NCBI GenBank assembly: GCA_965224025.1
Contig: CBDCYE010000001.1
Coordinates: forward strand, 12,664-76,663
Reading direction: 5' to 3'
Length of the DNA: 64,000 bases
Source: Candidatus Multivorans sp.
Lineage (GTDB): Bacteria; Acidobacteriota; Thermoanaerobaculia; Multivoradales; Multivoraceae
The notes beneath the pieces are model-generated. The model did no database searches. It was not told where the DNA came from and saw only the letters and a list, made by a program, of their open reading frames with translations. Below, piece by piece: positions 40,841-50,202 of this stretch (positions are counted from its first letter, which is position 1; every line of letters begins with the position of its first letter). The position numbers and the translations under genes are program-made.

Positions 40841-41667
40841 CCCCCCTCCGCAAGCGCCCCTCACGCAGCGGAGCCATCGCCGCCGCCTTTGCCCGCTGCT
40901 CCAGGCAGAAGCGCGCCGCCTTCATCCCCTTCCTCGTCGCCGGCGATCCCAGCCTCGAAGCCACGCCCGACCTGCTGCGCGCCCTCGTGGCCGGCGGCGC
41001 CGACGTGATCGAGCTCGGCGTTTCCTTCTCCGATCCGATCGCCGACGGTCCCACGATTCAGCGCGCTTCGAACCGGGCTCTCGCCGCAGGTTCCTCGCTC
41101 AGCGCGGTGCTTGGGATCATCGAGCGCCACCGGGAGGAGCTGGGCGTTCCGATCGTCCTGTTCACCTACTACAACCCCGTCCACGCCCGCGGCGTTGCGA
41201 CCTTCGCCGCCAAGGCCGCCGACAGCGGGGTCGACGGCGTGCTCTGCGTCGACCTGCCGCCCGAGGAAGGCCTGCGCGAACTGCAGCCGGCCCTCGTGGA
41301 ACGCGGCGTCGACTCGATCTATCTGATCGCCGCCACCAGCACGAAGGAGCGCATCGACCGAGCCGCGGCGGCGTCGAACGGCTTCGTGTACTACACCGCG
41401 CGCTCCGACGTCACCGGCGAGCGCGAGGACCTGATCCCCACCCTGGCCCGGGAAGTGAAGCGGGTGCGACGGCGGGTCCGCCTACCGGTCGCCGTCGGCT
41501 TCGGCATATCGACCCCCGAGCAGGTCGAGGAAGTGGCTGCGGTCACCCACGGCGTCGTCGTCGGCAGCTCTCTGGTCCGCCTGGTCGAGGAGAACGCCAC
41601 GGAACCCGGCTTGGCGGCGAGGCTCGAACGCCGCGTCGGCGAGTTGACGGCGCCGCTGCGGCGCTGA
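40837..41667 (+). CDS. trpA: Tryptophan synthase alpha chain
   Basis: [45 protein letters not shown]. Confidence 0.96.
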
Positions 41668-41896
41668 CACCCGCCCCGCGGGGGGCGCGGCGCGGAGTGG
41701 CGCGGCCGTTCCGGTGTCCGCCGAGCGGAGAGCGGGCGACAATGTGGCAGATCTGGCCGGTCTTGGGAGAATTTGACCGAAATCCGCTAAATGGCGGCCG
41801 GTTCTCTTCCGTATCTGTCCCTAGAGTATTTCGCGGAGTCCACACCGCAACCACCACCTTGAAGGAGGATGGCCAAGTGCAGACCGAGGATGACGA

Positions 41897-42778
41897 GTGA
41901 ACGGCAGCAGCTCAAAGAAAGCACTGGCTGTGATCGCGGCGGCCTGCGCCATGCTGGCCGCGTCGGTGCGCGAAGCGGCGCCCGGTCGTCAGCCCGAGTC
42001 GTTCCCGGCGCCGCCGCGTCTCGAGGATATTGCTCTGCTTGAAGAGATCCAGGCTTGGCTTGAACCAACCGGCTCGGACACAGCGTCGATCCGGGCCGGC
42101 GTCCCCCTGCATGAGTCGATTCGAGCGCGCCGGGCAAGCTTCGAGCTCTTCATAGGCGTCGCGGACGGCAGCGCGGTTCGGGACCGGATGCAGCGCGTTC
42201 CATTCGGCTCACAGATTCTCTCCGTGGCCGGGCGCCACGGGATCGACCCCCTGCTCGTAGCGGCACTCGTCCAGACCGAGTCCGCCTTCGACGACCTGGC
42301 GGTCTCGCCTCGGGGCGCGTGTGGCCTGATGCAGTTGATGCCGGCAACGGCCCAGTATTTTGGCGTGAGCAACGTCTACGACCCGAGCGAGAACCTGGAG
42401 GCGGGCACACGCTATCTGGTCTCGCTCCTGCGCCGGTTCGATGGCGACCTGGGGCTCAGTTTGGCGGCCTACAATGCCGGGCCAAGCGCTGTCGGCCGCT
42501 TCGGCGGCCTACCGCCGTTTCGCGAGACGCGCAACTTCACCGAAGGCGTCCTGCGCATCTACGTCGAGCACCACAGGGCGGCGTGGGTTGCCGTCCATCC
42601 GAGACGGCTCGATTCCGACGTTCTGGGCCGGATCCGGCGCCGAGCCTGCGCGTTGCACCCGTCGAGCGGGACCGCGGTTGTGACAGCGCCGCCCGCAGTG
42701 GACCCGCAGCGTTTCCGGCGGTCTGGCGATGGACCGTGTGCGGGCATGAAGAAGCGTCGGAAGTCAACGGCGTCGTAG
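41897..42778 (+). CDS. Lytic transglycosylase (SLT domain); the real C-terminus may be shorter
   Basis: LVAALVQTESAF, GACGLMQLMPATA, LAAYNAG, PPFRETRNF. Confidence 0.85.
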   Translation: MNGSSSKKALAVIAAACAMLAASVREAAPGRQPESFPAPPRLEDIALLEEIQAWLEPTGSDTASIRAGVPLHESIRARRASFELFIGVADGSAVRDRMQRVPFGSQILSVAGRHGIDPLLVAALVQTESAFDDLAVSPRGACGLMQLMPATAQYFGVSNVYDPSENLEAGTRYLVSLLRRFDGDLGLSLAAYNAGPSAVGRFGGLPPFRETRNFTEGVLRIYVEHHRAAWVAVHPRRLDSDVLGRIRRRACALHPSSGTAVVTAPPAVDPQRFRRSGDGPCAGMKKRRKSTAS

Positions 42779-42809
42779 CCTGGGCCGCGCGTATCCGGGA
42801 GAGGGCTAG

Positions 42810-44843
42810 CCGGAACTTCACGGTCGATTTCCGGCGTCGTTTGGCGGCAGATCGTTGATGGCAGTTGGTTTTCGGGCACTTGGGGCTAGTCCAGGAGCGG
42901 GATATTTGTTTACATGCAAACGAATGCGGACATGTAGACAGATCTATGTATTGCCGGTAGGATTCTCGCCACAGCGTGTTTACATGCTGGCCAAGGCGAC
43001 ATGTCCTTCCGCATCGATGTCATCTCCAACCGCGGCCGCTCGCCGCAGACTCTGCTCCGGCAGTCCTGGCGAGAAGGCAAGCGCGTACGACACAAGACGG
43101 TCGCAAACCTCACCAAGCTCCCGCCGCACGTCGTAGACGGATTCCGCGCCGTCCTCAAGGGCGGCGCCGTCTTCGCCGGCATCGACCAGGCCGTCTCCAT
43201 CCGAAGGGCCCTCCTGCACGGCCACGTCGCCGCCATCCTCGGCGTCGCCCGACAGCTCGGACTCCCGCGCATCCTCGACCGCAAGAGCACACGCCGCGGC
43301 AAGCTCGCTCTCGCGGCCGTCGTCGCCCGCATCATCGACCCGGCCTCGAAGCTCTCCACGGCACGGCATCTCTCGCCGGATACGGCCGCCTCGAGTCTCG
43401 GGACCGTCCTCGGACTCGGGCGCGTCACCGGCAACGAGATGCTCGCCATGCTCGACTGGCTTCACTCTCGGCAGCGTCACATCGAAGCCAGTCTCGCGAG
43501 GCGGCATCTCGCCGGAAGCACACTGATCCTCTACGACGTCAGCTCAAGCTTCGTGGAGGGCAGGTGCTGCCCGCTCGCCGCCTTCGGCCACAACCGGGAC
43601 GGGAAGAAAGGCAAGAAGCAGATCACCTACGGGCTTCTCTGCAGCGCCGACGGATGCCCGGTGGCCGTCGAGGTGTTCTCCGGCAACGTCAGCGACCCGT
43701 CCACGGTGAGCGCTCAGGTGCTCAAGCTCCGCAAGCGCTTTCGCATCGAGCGGATCGCGCTCGTCGGGGATCGGGGCATGCTCACCAGCGCGCGCATCCG
43801 CGAGGACGTCGAGCCCGCCGGGCTCGACTGGATCTCGGCACTGAAGACGACCGAGATCCGAAAGCTCCTCGTCACGCGAGACCCCGAGGAGAATGCCCGG
43901 CCGCCGCTTCGCCCGGAGGATCTCGTGGCCGACCAGGTGGCCGAAATCACCAGCCCGGACTTCCCCGGCGAGCGCCTCATGGTCTGCTTGAACCCGCGTC
44001 TGCGTGAGGAACGGGCGCGAAAACGCGAGGACCTGCTTGCAGCAACCGATGCCGCCCTCGCCGAAATCGACGCAAGTGCCCGGAGGCGACGGCCCGGAGC
44101 AAGCAACCGCGACCGCATCCACGCCGCGGTCGGCGAACAGGCCAACCGGTGGAAGGTGCGCAAGCACTTCGACATCGAGGTGCGCGACGACGGAATCAGT
44201 TGGGAGCGCAACCAGGAGAAGATCGACGCCGAGTCCCGGCTCGACGGCGTCTACATCATACGCACCAGCCTCTCGGGCGCCGAGATCGACGCCGAGCAGA
44301 CGGTCGAGGCCTACAAGGCGCTCGCACGCGTTGAACGAGCCTTCCGGGCGATCAAGACCGACCGCCTCCAAGTGCGCCCGATCCATGTCTACGCGGAGAA
44401 CCGGGTACGGGCACATGTCTTCCTCTGCATGCTCGCCTGGTACCTGGAATGGCACATGCGCCGCACGCTCGCGCCGCTCCTCTTCGAGGACGACGATCCC
44501 GAAGGCGCGAGCGCCAAGCGATCCACCCCGGTCGAAAAGGCACGACCGTCCGACAGCGCAAGAAGGAAGACCGCTTCCAAGACCACGCCCGACGGCCTCC
44601 CCGTCCAGAACATGGCCGATCTGTTGAACCACCTCGGAAGCCTGACACTCAACGAGGTCACCCTCCAAGGTCAGCCCGACAGCCGGTTCATGGTCACCGC
44701 CGAACCGACGCCACTACAGCAAAAGGCCTTCCAACTCCTCAAACTCCCAGCGAAACCCGTGTTTACAGCAGTCTGACACCGCAATCTGGAGATCCTGCCC
44801 GTGTTTACTGCCGCTTCTGCGTCCAGGCCAAGTGAAGTTCCGG
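42810..44843 (+). mobile_element. IS1634-family insertion sequence, apparently intact
   Basis: Perfect 12-bp IRs ccggaacttcac (42810-42821) and gtgaagttccgg (44832-44843); CTAG duplication at 42806-42809 and 44844-44847. Confidence 0.92.
43001..44776 (+). CDS. IS1634-family DDE transposase
   Basis: LLRQSWREGKRVRHKTVANL, LYDVSSSFVEG, FGHNRDGK, VGDRGM, YKALARVERAFR..K, RVRAHVFLCMLA. Confidence 0.93.
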   Translation: MSFRIDVISNRGRSPQTLLRQSWREGKRVRHKTVANLTKLPPHVVDGFRAVLKGGAVFAGIDQAVSIRRALLHGHVAAILGVARQLGLPRILDRKSTRRGKLALAAVVARIIDPASKLSTARHLSPDTAASSLGTVLGLGRVTGNEMLAMLDWLHSRQRHIEASLARRHLAGSTLILYDVSSSFVEGRCCPLAAFGHNRDGKKGKKQITYGLLCSADGCPVAVEVFSGNVSDPSTVSAQVLKLRKRFRIERIALVGDRGMLTSARIREDVEPAGLDWISALKTTEIRKLLVTRDPEENARPPLRPEDLVADQVAEITSPDFPGERLMVCLNPRLREERARKREDLLAATDAALAEIDASARRRRPGASNRDRIHAAVGEQANRWKVRKHFDIEVRDDGISWERNQEKIDAESRLDGVYIIRTSLSGAEIDAEQTVEAYKALARVERAFRAIKTDRLQVRPIHVYAENRVRAHVFLCMLAWYLEWHMRRTLAPLLFEDDDPEGASAKRSTPVEKARPSDSARRKTASKTTPDGLPVQNMADLLNHLGSLTLNEVTLQGQPDSRFMVTAEPTPLQQKAFQLLKLPAKPVFTAV

Positions 44844-44867
44844 CTAGCGTTAGAATGCCCGTACTCA

Positions 44868-45977
44868 ATGGGCGGGCGATCGTTTCCCTGGCGGTCCAGA
44901 CCGACTTGGCTTTGCTGGTCGGGCGGGAAGGAGTCGGCTTGGGCGCTCCGGGAGCTCCGGGCCGAGCCTTCCTGCGATGTCCGCGGACTGATCGCACTGG
45001 TGAACGAGAAGAACGGCCGCGTCATCCTGCACGGCGTTCGGCACACGCTGCTTCAATGGCAGGCCGAGGCGGTCGAGCTGCCGCTGCGGCTCATTCCGCT
45101 GGATTGGACATCCTCGGCGACCGAGCGGAACGCTGCCCTGGCCAGAGGGTTCGGCGAGCTAAGGACGGATGGCGCGCAGCGTGTCGCCTTTGGCGACCTG
45201 TTGTCTGTGCGCGGCCGCGACCGACGCCTGCTGGTCACTGCCGAATCGGGACTCGAAACGGTCTTTCCGCTCTGGGGACGGGACACGTGCGACCACTCGG
45301 CAGACATTCTGGAGGCCGGTCTGTCGGCCTGGATTTGCTGCGTCGACACCGGCTGCATACCGGCGGATTGCGTGGCGCGCCGTTTCGACGCGAACTTCGT
45401 GGCCCGTCTGCCCGACGGCGTCGACCCGTGCGGCGGGAACGACGAGTTCCACACCTTCGTGGAATGGGCGCCGGGCTGGAACCGTCGCGTGCGGGTCGAG
45501 CCGACCCGAGAGATCGAGGTCTACGACGGCGCCTTCGCGGAACTGGAACCGGCGCCCGAGGCCGCCGTCCGCGCCCAGCCCGGCGACGGAGTCGGGGAGG
45601 TTTGGGCGGGGGACGGCTCTCCTGCGCAGCCGGCCATCGACCCCTTCAGCCATTTCGCGCGGCTCGACCGCGTGCGGCGGTATGTTGACGCCCATCTCGC
45701 CGGCGACCTGGGTGTCGACGTGGTCGCCAAGGTCGCGGCGATGTCGCCGACGGGCTTTTCCCGGTACTTCCGGGAGCACGTGCGGATGACCTTCACGTCC
45801 TGGTTGGTCCACCGGCGGGTCGAGCACGCATGCCTGCTGCTGCGGGAGCGCAACATCGCGGTGAGCCGGATCGGGGAAGCCGTCGGTTTCCACAGCGAGC
45901 GGACGTTTCGCCGGGCCTTTCACGAACAGATGGATTGCAGCCCCTCGGCGTACAGGAAGCGGTCGCTCGAGGAGTAG
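44868..45977 (+). CDS. Adenine-nucleotide alpha-hydrolase (diphthine-ammonia-ligase-like) domain fused to an AraC-type HTH
   Basis: WSGGKES, VAFGDL, FPLWG, DPCGGNDEFHTFV, followed by MSPTGFSRYFREHVRMTF...VGFHSERTFRRAF..PSAYRK. Confidence 0.8.
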   Translation: MGGRSFPWRSRPTWLCWSGGKESAWALRELRAEPSCDVRGLIALVNEKNGRVILHGVRHTLLQWQAEAVELPLRLIPLDWTSSATERNAALARGFGELRTDGAQRVAFGDLLSVRGRDRRLLVTAESGLETVFPLWGRDTCDHSADILEAGLSAWICCVDTGCIPADCVARRFDANFVARLPDGVDPCGGNDEFHTFVEWAPGWNRRVRVEPTREIEVYDGAFAELEPAPEAAVRAQPGDGVGEVWAGDGSPAQPAIDPFSHFARLDRVRRYVDAHLAGDLGVDVVAKVAAMSPTGFSRYFREHVRMTFTSWLVHRRVEHACLLLRERNIAVSRIGEAVGFHSERTFRRAFHEQMDCSPSAYRKRSLEE

Positions 45978-46120
45978 GCGGAGTTGGGGGCATGGACGCC
46001 GTGGCGCCCACCTTCGTACCAGTCAATAGACTGGCCGGGAGGGACTCGGAGGGAATGGGACGACGAACCGAAGGCCGCGGGGCTACAGTGACGCTGGGCC
46101 CCCGTTTCGGCTGGTGGCGG

Positions 46121-48415
46121 ATGACGTCGCTGGCCTTCCTGATTCTGGTGGCGGCCGTAGCCGCGCCGCTGCAACCCACCGCCTGGGCCCAGACCGCCGA
46201 CGAAGTGGACCTCACCGTCCACCTGAACGCCATCGCGACCCGCGAAGAAGCGCCGTCCGGCGATGTGACGATCGAGTTCACCGAAGCCTCGACCCGCGAA
46301 CCCGTGGCGTCCTACGTTGTCGAGGCGTCTTCGGACGAGCAGACCCTCCAGGTCACCGTGCCGGCGCTCGAGTCGCGTTCCGGCTGGTTCGCCGCCGCGC
46401 GCTCGCCCGGCTGGTGGAGTTCGACTGCTTACATCGCCCCGGACGCCCGGGAAGTGTCGCTCACACTGGTTCCCGAGGGCGTCGTGCGCTTCGCCATCGA
46501 CGGCACCGACAAGGGAGTCGACCTCCTGCGGACCGGCCAGGTCTGGATCGGCGGCCGGGTCGGCAGTCGCGGTGTGCGCCTCGAGCGACGAATCTACGGC
46601 GGGCCCTGCGAGGTCGACCGTGAGCCGGACCGGCGCGAGGTGCTGGTCGCCTGTCCCTTCGCCCGGGACGAAACGGTGGACCTGCGCGTCCGGTTGGGCC
46701 TGTTCCTGCCGCTTCTACGTTCTGAAGTGACCGTCACGGCCGACACCGACCTGGGGCTGATCGAGCCGGTCCGGGGCGCGGTTGTGACGGGCAGCGTGGC
46801 TTCGGCCGACGGCTCGAGCCACCGGTTCGGGATGAGGCAGCGGGATTCGCACCTGGCATTCGGCTGGTCGGCTTGGACCGACGCCGGCGGCGTCTTCGCA
46901 TTCGAGGGGCTGTCGCCCGGTGCATACGAACTCCGGTTGGCCGGCTCCGACGGCGACAGTTGGCCGGTGCGCATCGAGTCGCTGAACGACCGGATCGACC
47001 TGGGTCAGCTCGAGTCGGCGGCAGCGAATCTGCTGACCGTTTCCTTCCTGGCGCCCAGCGCCGTGGAGATCGGCAATCTGAGACCGATCGTGTTCGCCGC
47101 GACGCTCGGGCCTGATGGTGAGGTCGAGAACCGGGGTCGTATGTTCGAGTTCGACGAGCGGGGAACGGACGGTTCCTTCGTGTGGCGTGGCCTGCCGGCG
47201 GGTGACTATCAGGTCGAGGTGGCGGACAATCGCGGAAATCGCTGGCACCATGAAGTGGTCCGTTTCTTCGGCCAGGACCACTACTACGTCGAACTCGATG
47301 CGGTGCCGCTGGTCGGGCGGATCGAGCGTGGCGGGGAGCCGCTGGAGGACGTGTTGGTCTGGTTCGGTGGCATGTGGGGCTTCGAACGAGTTTCGTTCCG
47401 GAGCCATGAGGAGGGCCGCTTCAGTGGCCTGTTGCCGCGCGAGGGCTTCTGGCCGGTCGAGGTCACTCCGGCGCCCGGCTGCGATCCCTGCGAAGGCGGT
47501 TGGGACTCGGATGGTTGGGACGGTTTCGATGACCGCGAAGTCAACGACGCCGGCAGCTTCGAGATCGAAGCGGATTCCGATGGCGTTGCTCTAGTTCGGA
47601 TCGAGCTGCCTGCAAGCGTGGTCAGCGGTCGCGTTGTACGGCGGAACGTCGTGACGGAGATCCTCGAACCGGTGGAAGACGCATATGTGTGGGTGCGTGC
47701 GCTTGAGGAAGTGGCGGGTGAGCCGCGCGACTACCTGCTGCCGGGCAGTTGGCGCAGAAAGACCGATGCCTCAGGCACGTTCGAAGTCACGGGTCTACCG
47801 GAGTGGGTGTACAGCATCTCGGCCAACGGCTGGGTGGATGACCGCGAACTCCGGTCGCGGGCGGTGCAGCTTCAGGTAGCGAGCGATGACCGGATCGAGG
47901 ATCTCGAGCTTCGTTTGGACGACTTGCGGCCCGTGTCCATCGTTGTCCGTTCGGGCGGTGTTCCTATCTCCGGCGCGCAGACGTTCGTGCTCTTTCCGGC
48001 CGGTACACCGAACGTAGTGTCGGGCGAGTACACCGACGGCTCAGGCGTGGCTTCGCTCTGGTTGCCGATGGAGGCGGAGGTAGTCGATGTCGTTGTCCGG
48101 CTCGAAGGCTTCGGGATGATCGGCTGGCGGTTCGAGGTTCGGGATGAAGCGCCGTTGGAGGTGGAGATGTCCCCGGATCGCGGCGACCTCCGCGTGCCGG
48201 ACTCGTGGGACGCGTGGCTGGTCACTCCAGGCGGTGTCTCGGTCAGAGTCGGGCGCACACTCGCCGCCATAAACGACCGAGGTCAGATTCAGACCGATGG
48301 AGACGAGTTCGTTGTGAGGGACCTGGCCCCGGGTACCTACTCGTACTGCCTGTCGGACGGTGTTTGCAGCACGGTCGATGTCGTGCCCTGGGCCGAGAGC
48401 CGGGTGCGGGAGTAA
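46121..48415 (+). CDS. Secreted protein with repeated carboxypeptidase-regulatory/transthyretin-like beta-sandwich domains
   Basis: Signal peptide; repeats TDAGGVFAFEGLSPGAY, DGSFVWRGLPAGDY, TDASGTFEVTGLP, VRDLAPGTY. Confidence 0.75.
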   Translation: MTSLAFLILVAAVAAPLQPTAWAQTADEVDLTVHLNAIATREEAPSGDVTIEFTEASTREPVASYVVEASSDEQTLQVTVPALESRSGWFAAARSPGWWSSTAYIAPDAREVSLTLVPEGVVRFAIDGTDKGVDLLRTGQVWIGGRVGSRGVRLERRIYGGPCEVDREPDRREVLVACPFARDETVDLRVRLGLFLPLLRSEVTVTADTDLGLIEPVRGAVVTGSVASADGSSHRFGMRQRDSHLAFGWSAWTDAGGVFAFEGLSPGAYELRLAGSDGDSWPVRIESLNDRIDLGQLESAAANLLTVSFLAPSAVEIGNLRPIVFAATLGPDGEVENRGRMFEFDERGTDGSFVWRGLPAGDYQVEVADNRGNRWHHEVVRFFGQDHYYVELDAVPLVGRIERGGEPLEDVLVWFGGMWGFERVSFRSHEEGRFSGLLPREGFWPVEVTPAPGCDPCEGGWDSDGWDGFDDREVNDAGSFEIEADSDGVALVRIELPASVVSGRVVRRNVVTEILEPVEDAYVWVRALEEVAGEPRDYLLPGSWRRKTDASGTFEVTGLPEWVYSISANGWVDDRELRSRAVQLQVASDDRIEDLELRLDDLRPVSIVVRSGGVPISGAQTFVLFPAGTPNVVSGEYTDGSGVASLWLPMEAEVVDVVVRLEGFGMIGWRFEVRDEAPLEVEMSPDRGDLRVPDSWDAWLVTPGGVSVRVGRTLAAINDRGQIQTDGDEFVVRDLAPGTYSYCLSDGVCSTVDVVPWAESRVRE

Positions 48416-48419
48416 CGGT

Positions 48420-50189
48420 TCAGTTCGCCTCAGCGGCCGCTTCCGGAGCCGGCACCGAGACTGGCGCTCGCAGCAAGGACATGACCCCCGTCGTCTCGTC
48501 GCGGACGCCGACGGCGACCTGGTACCCGCCCTCGGGCAGGTTCATCGCGACTTCGACCCGGTAGTTGCCGTCCACGGCCGGGACGCCGGTTTCGCCGCCG
48601 ACGGCGATCGTCTTCTGGCGAACGTTCGTCCGAGCGCCCTTCTCGTCTTCGACGGCGAGCAGCCAGAGGCGGAGTTGTGCAGTCGCGTTACGTGCCTCGC
48701 CGTCCTTGCCCGGCAGCGTCACGATGGATTCGGCGGGCACGTCAACGCCGACCGTCAGCTCATGGACCTTCTTCTCGAGCGGCGTGGTGCCGCCGAAGTC
48801 GACACGCGCTCCGAGAGGATTCTCCGCGTTTCCGAGGTAAGCGACGGAGAGCAACCGTTCGGCGAGACGTTCGTCCAGTGACTTGTCGCGGTAGGTGCGC
48901 CGGTACTCGATCCTCCGGCCCTTGGCGGCGCTGGGCGCAAGCAGAACGGAGATCTGCCGCACCTGGCCAAACTTGCGTTCCTCGGGAACGAAACCAAGCG
49001 AGTACGAGGCGCCGAGTTCTTCGGTCATGTCGTCGAACAGAATCGCCAGGTCGTTCGCGTTGATCAGCGCCTTGCCGCCGGTCTCGTTGGCCAGCATGTG
49101 CAGCCCGCTCTGGGCGTTCATCGCGTGCAGGCTGACGTTCTGGAAACTCGGCGTCAGGCCAGGATTGTCGAGCGAGATGTCGGGAGCGGAGCTGCGCACG
49201 CCCGCGGCGTCCAGGCCGTAGAACGTGACGCGGTTGGCGTTCGCGTGAGCTGAGATGCGGTTGAAGCGGCTGCTTTCGTCGTACTGGACCATTTCCGACA
49301 TCGTTTCCGAGGGCGCGCTTTGACGCAGTGGCGCACAGAGCTGGTTGCCGAGGTAGTCCAGGACGGAGATCCCCGGACGTTGCGGCAGGCCGTCCGTGAT
49401 GTGGACGACCGTCTTCTTGCCCGGGACGCCGGCGAGTGTCGTCACCAGGTCGGCCAGACCGTCGACCGCGATCGCCGTGTTCGTAGCCTGGTTGTTCGCG
49501 TACTGCCTCGCCAGCGAAAGCAGCTCGCCCCAGTTGTCCTCGCAAGGTCGGCAGAACGGCGCCATCTCGCAGAACTCGTGGCTGTCGATCAGGCTCCTGA
49601 TCGCGAAGCGGCGGCTGCCGCCGCCGTTCTGGATGGCGCGCGGGGACCCTTTTGGAACGGTCGCGGCCCCTTCCAGGATCGCGTCCAGGTCGCGTGTCGG
49701 CGGTACCAGCACGTCGAGCCGGTGGTCGAACCGCGCGAGCATGAAGCTCGCGTCCATGGACCGCCACGGTTCGACCGCAGCCTCCAGGCGTCGCAGCAGG
49801 CGGGTGCGGTGAGACGGGAAGACGTTCGGGTCATCCAGGTAGAAGACGACGGTGAGCGGACCTTCGTCCGTGGTACCGGGCGTGGTTTCGCTGCGGACGG
49901 CAGGGCGTTCTTCGTTGCGGCGGCCGGTCCGTTCCTCCACGGAGATCGCCGACTCGTAGAAGTTCGAGATCTCGACCGGCTGGCCGTCCACGTACAGCTC
50001 GAAGTCCTCGCGCTTCAGATCCTTGACCGGGCGGCCCTTCTTGTCCGTGACGACGACATCGACCTCGACCACCTGGACATCGACGGAATCGACGAAGGGC
50101 TGGGTCGGCTGTGCCGCCGTCGGCCCCGCTGCAAGTACGGATCCGAGTAGCAGGGCCAGGAGCGAGATCCTCCGGTTGGCAACAGTCAT
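48420..50189 (-). CDS. Secreted acidobacterial VWA-related domain protein, paralog 1
   Basis: VQVVEVDVVVTDKKGRPVKDLKREDFELYVDG, GKKTVVHITDG, LANETGG, YSLGF. Confidence 0.85.
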   Translation of the reverse strand: MTVANRRISLLALLLGSVLAAGPTAAQPTQPFVDSVDVQVVEVDVVVTDKKGRPVKDLKREDFELYVDGQPVEISNFYESAISVEERTGRRNEERPAVRSETTPGTTDEGPLTVVFYLDDPNVFPSHRTRLLRRLEAAVEPWRSMDASFMLARFDHRLDVLVPPTRDLDAILEGAATVPKGSPRAIQNGGGSRRFAIRSLIDSHEFCEMAPFCRPCEDNWGELLSLARQYANNQATNTAIAVDGLADLVTTLAGVPGKKTVVHITDGLPQRPGISVLDYLGNQLCAPLRQSAPSETMSEMVQYDESSRFNRISAHANANRVTFYGLDAAGVRSSAPDISLDNPGLTPSFQNVSLHAMNAQSGLHMLANETGGKALINANDLAILFDDMTEELGASYSLGFVPEERKFGQVRQISVLLAPSAAKGRRIEYRRTYRDKSLDERLAERLLSVAYLGNAENPLGARVDFGGTTPLEKKVHELTVGVDVPAESIVTLPGKDGEARNATAQLRLWLLAVEDEKGARTNVRQKTIAVGGETGVPAVDGNYRVEVAMNLPEGGYQVAVGVRDETTGVMSLLRAPVSVPAPEAAAEAN

Positions 50190-50202
50190 CGGCACTCTCG
50201 AT

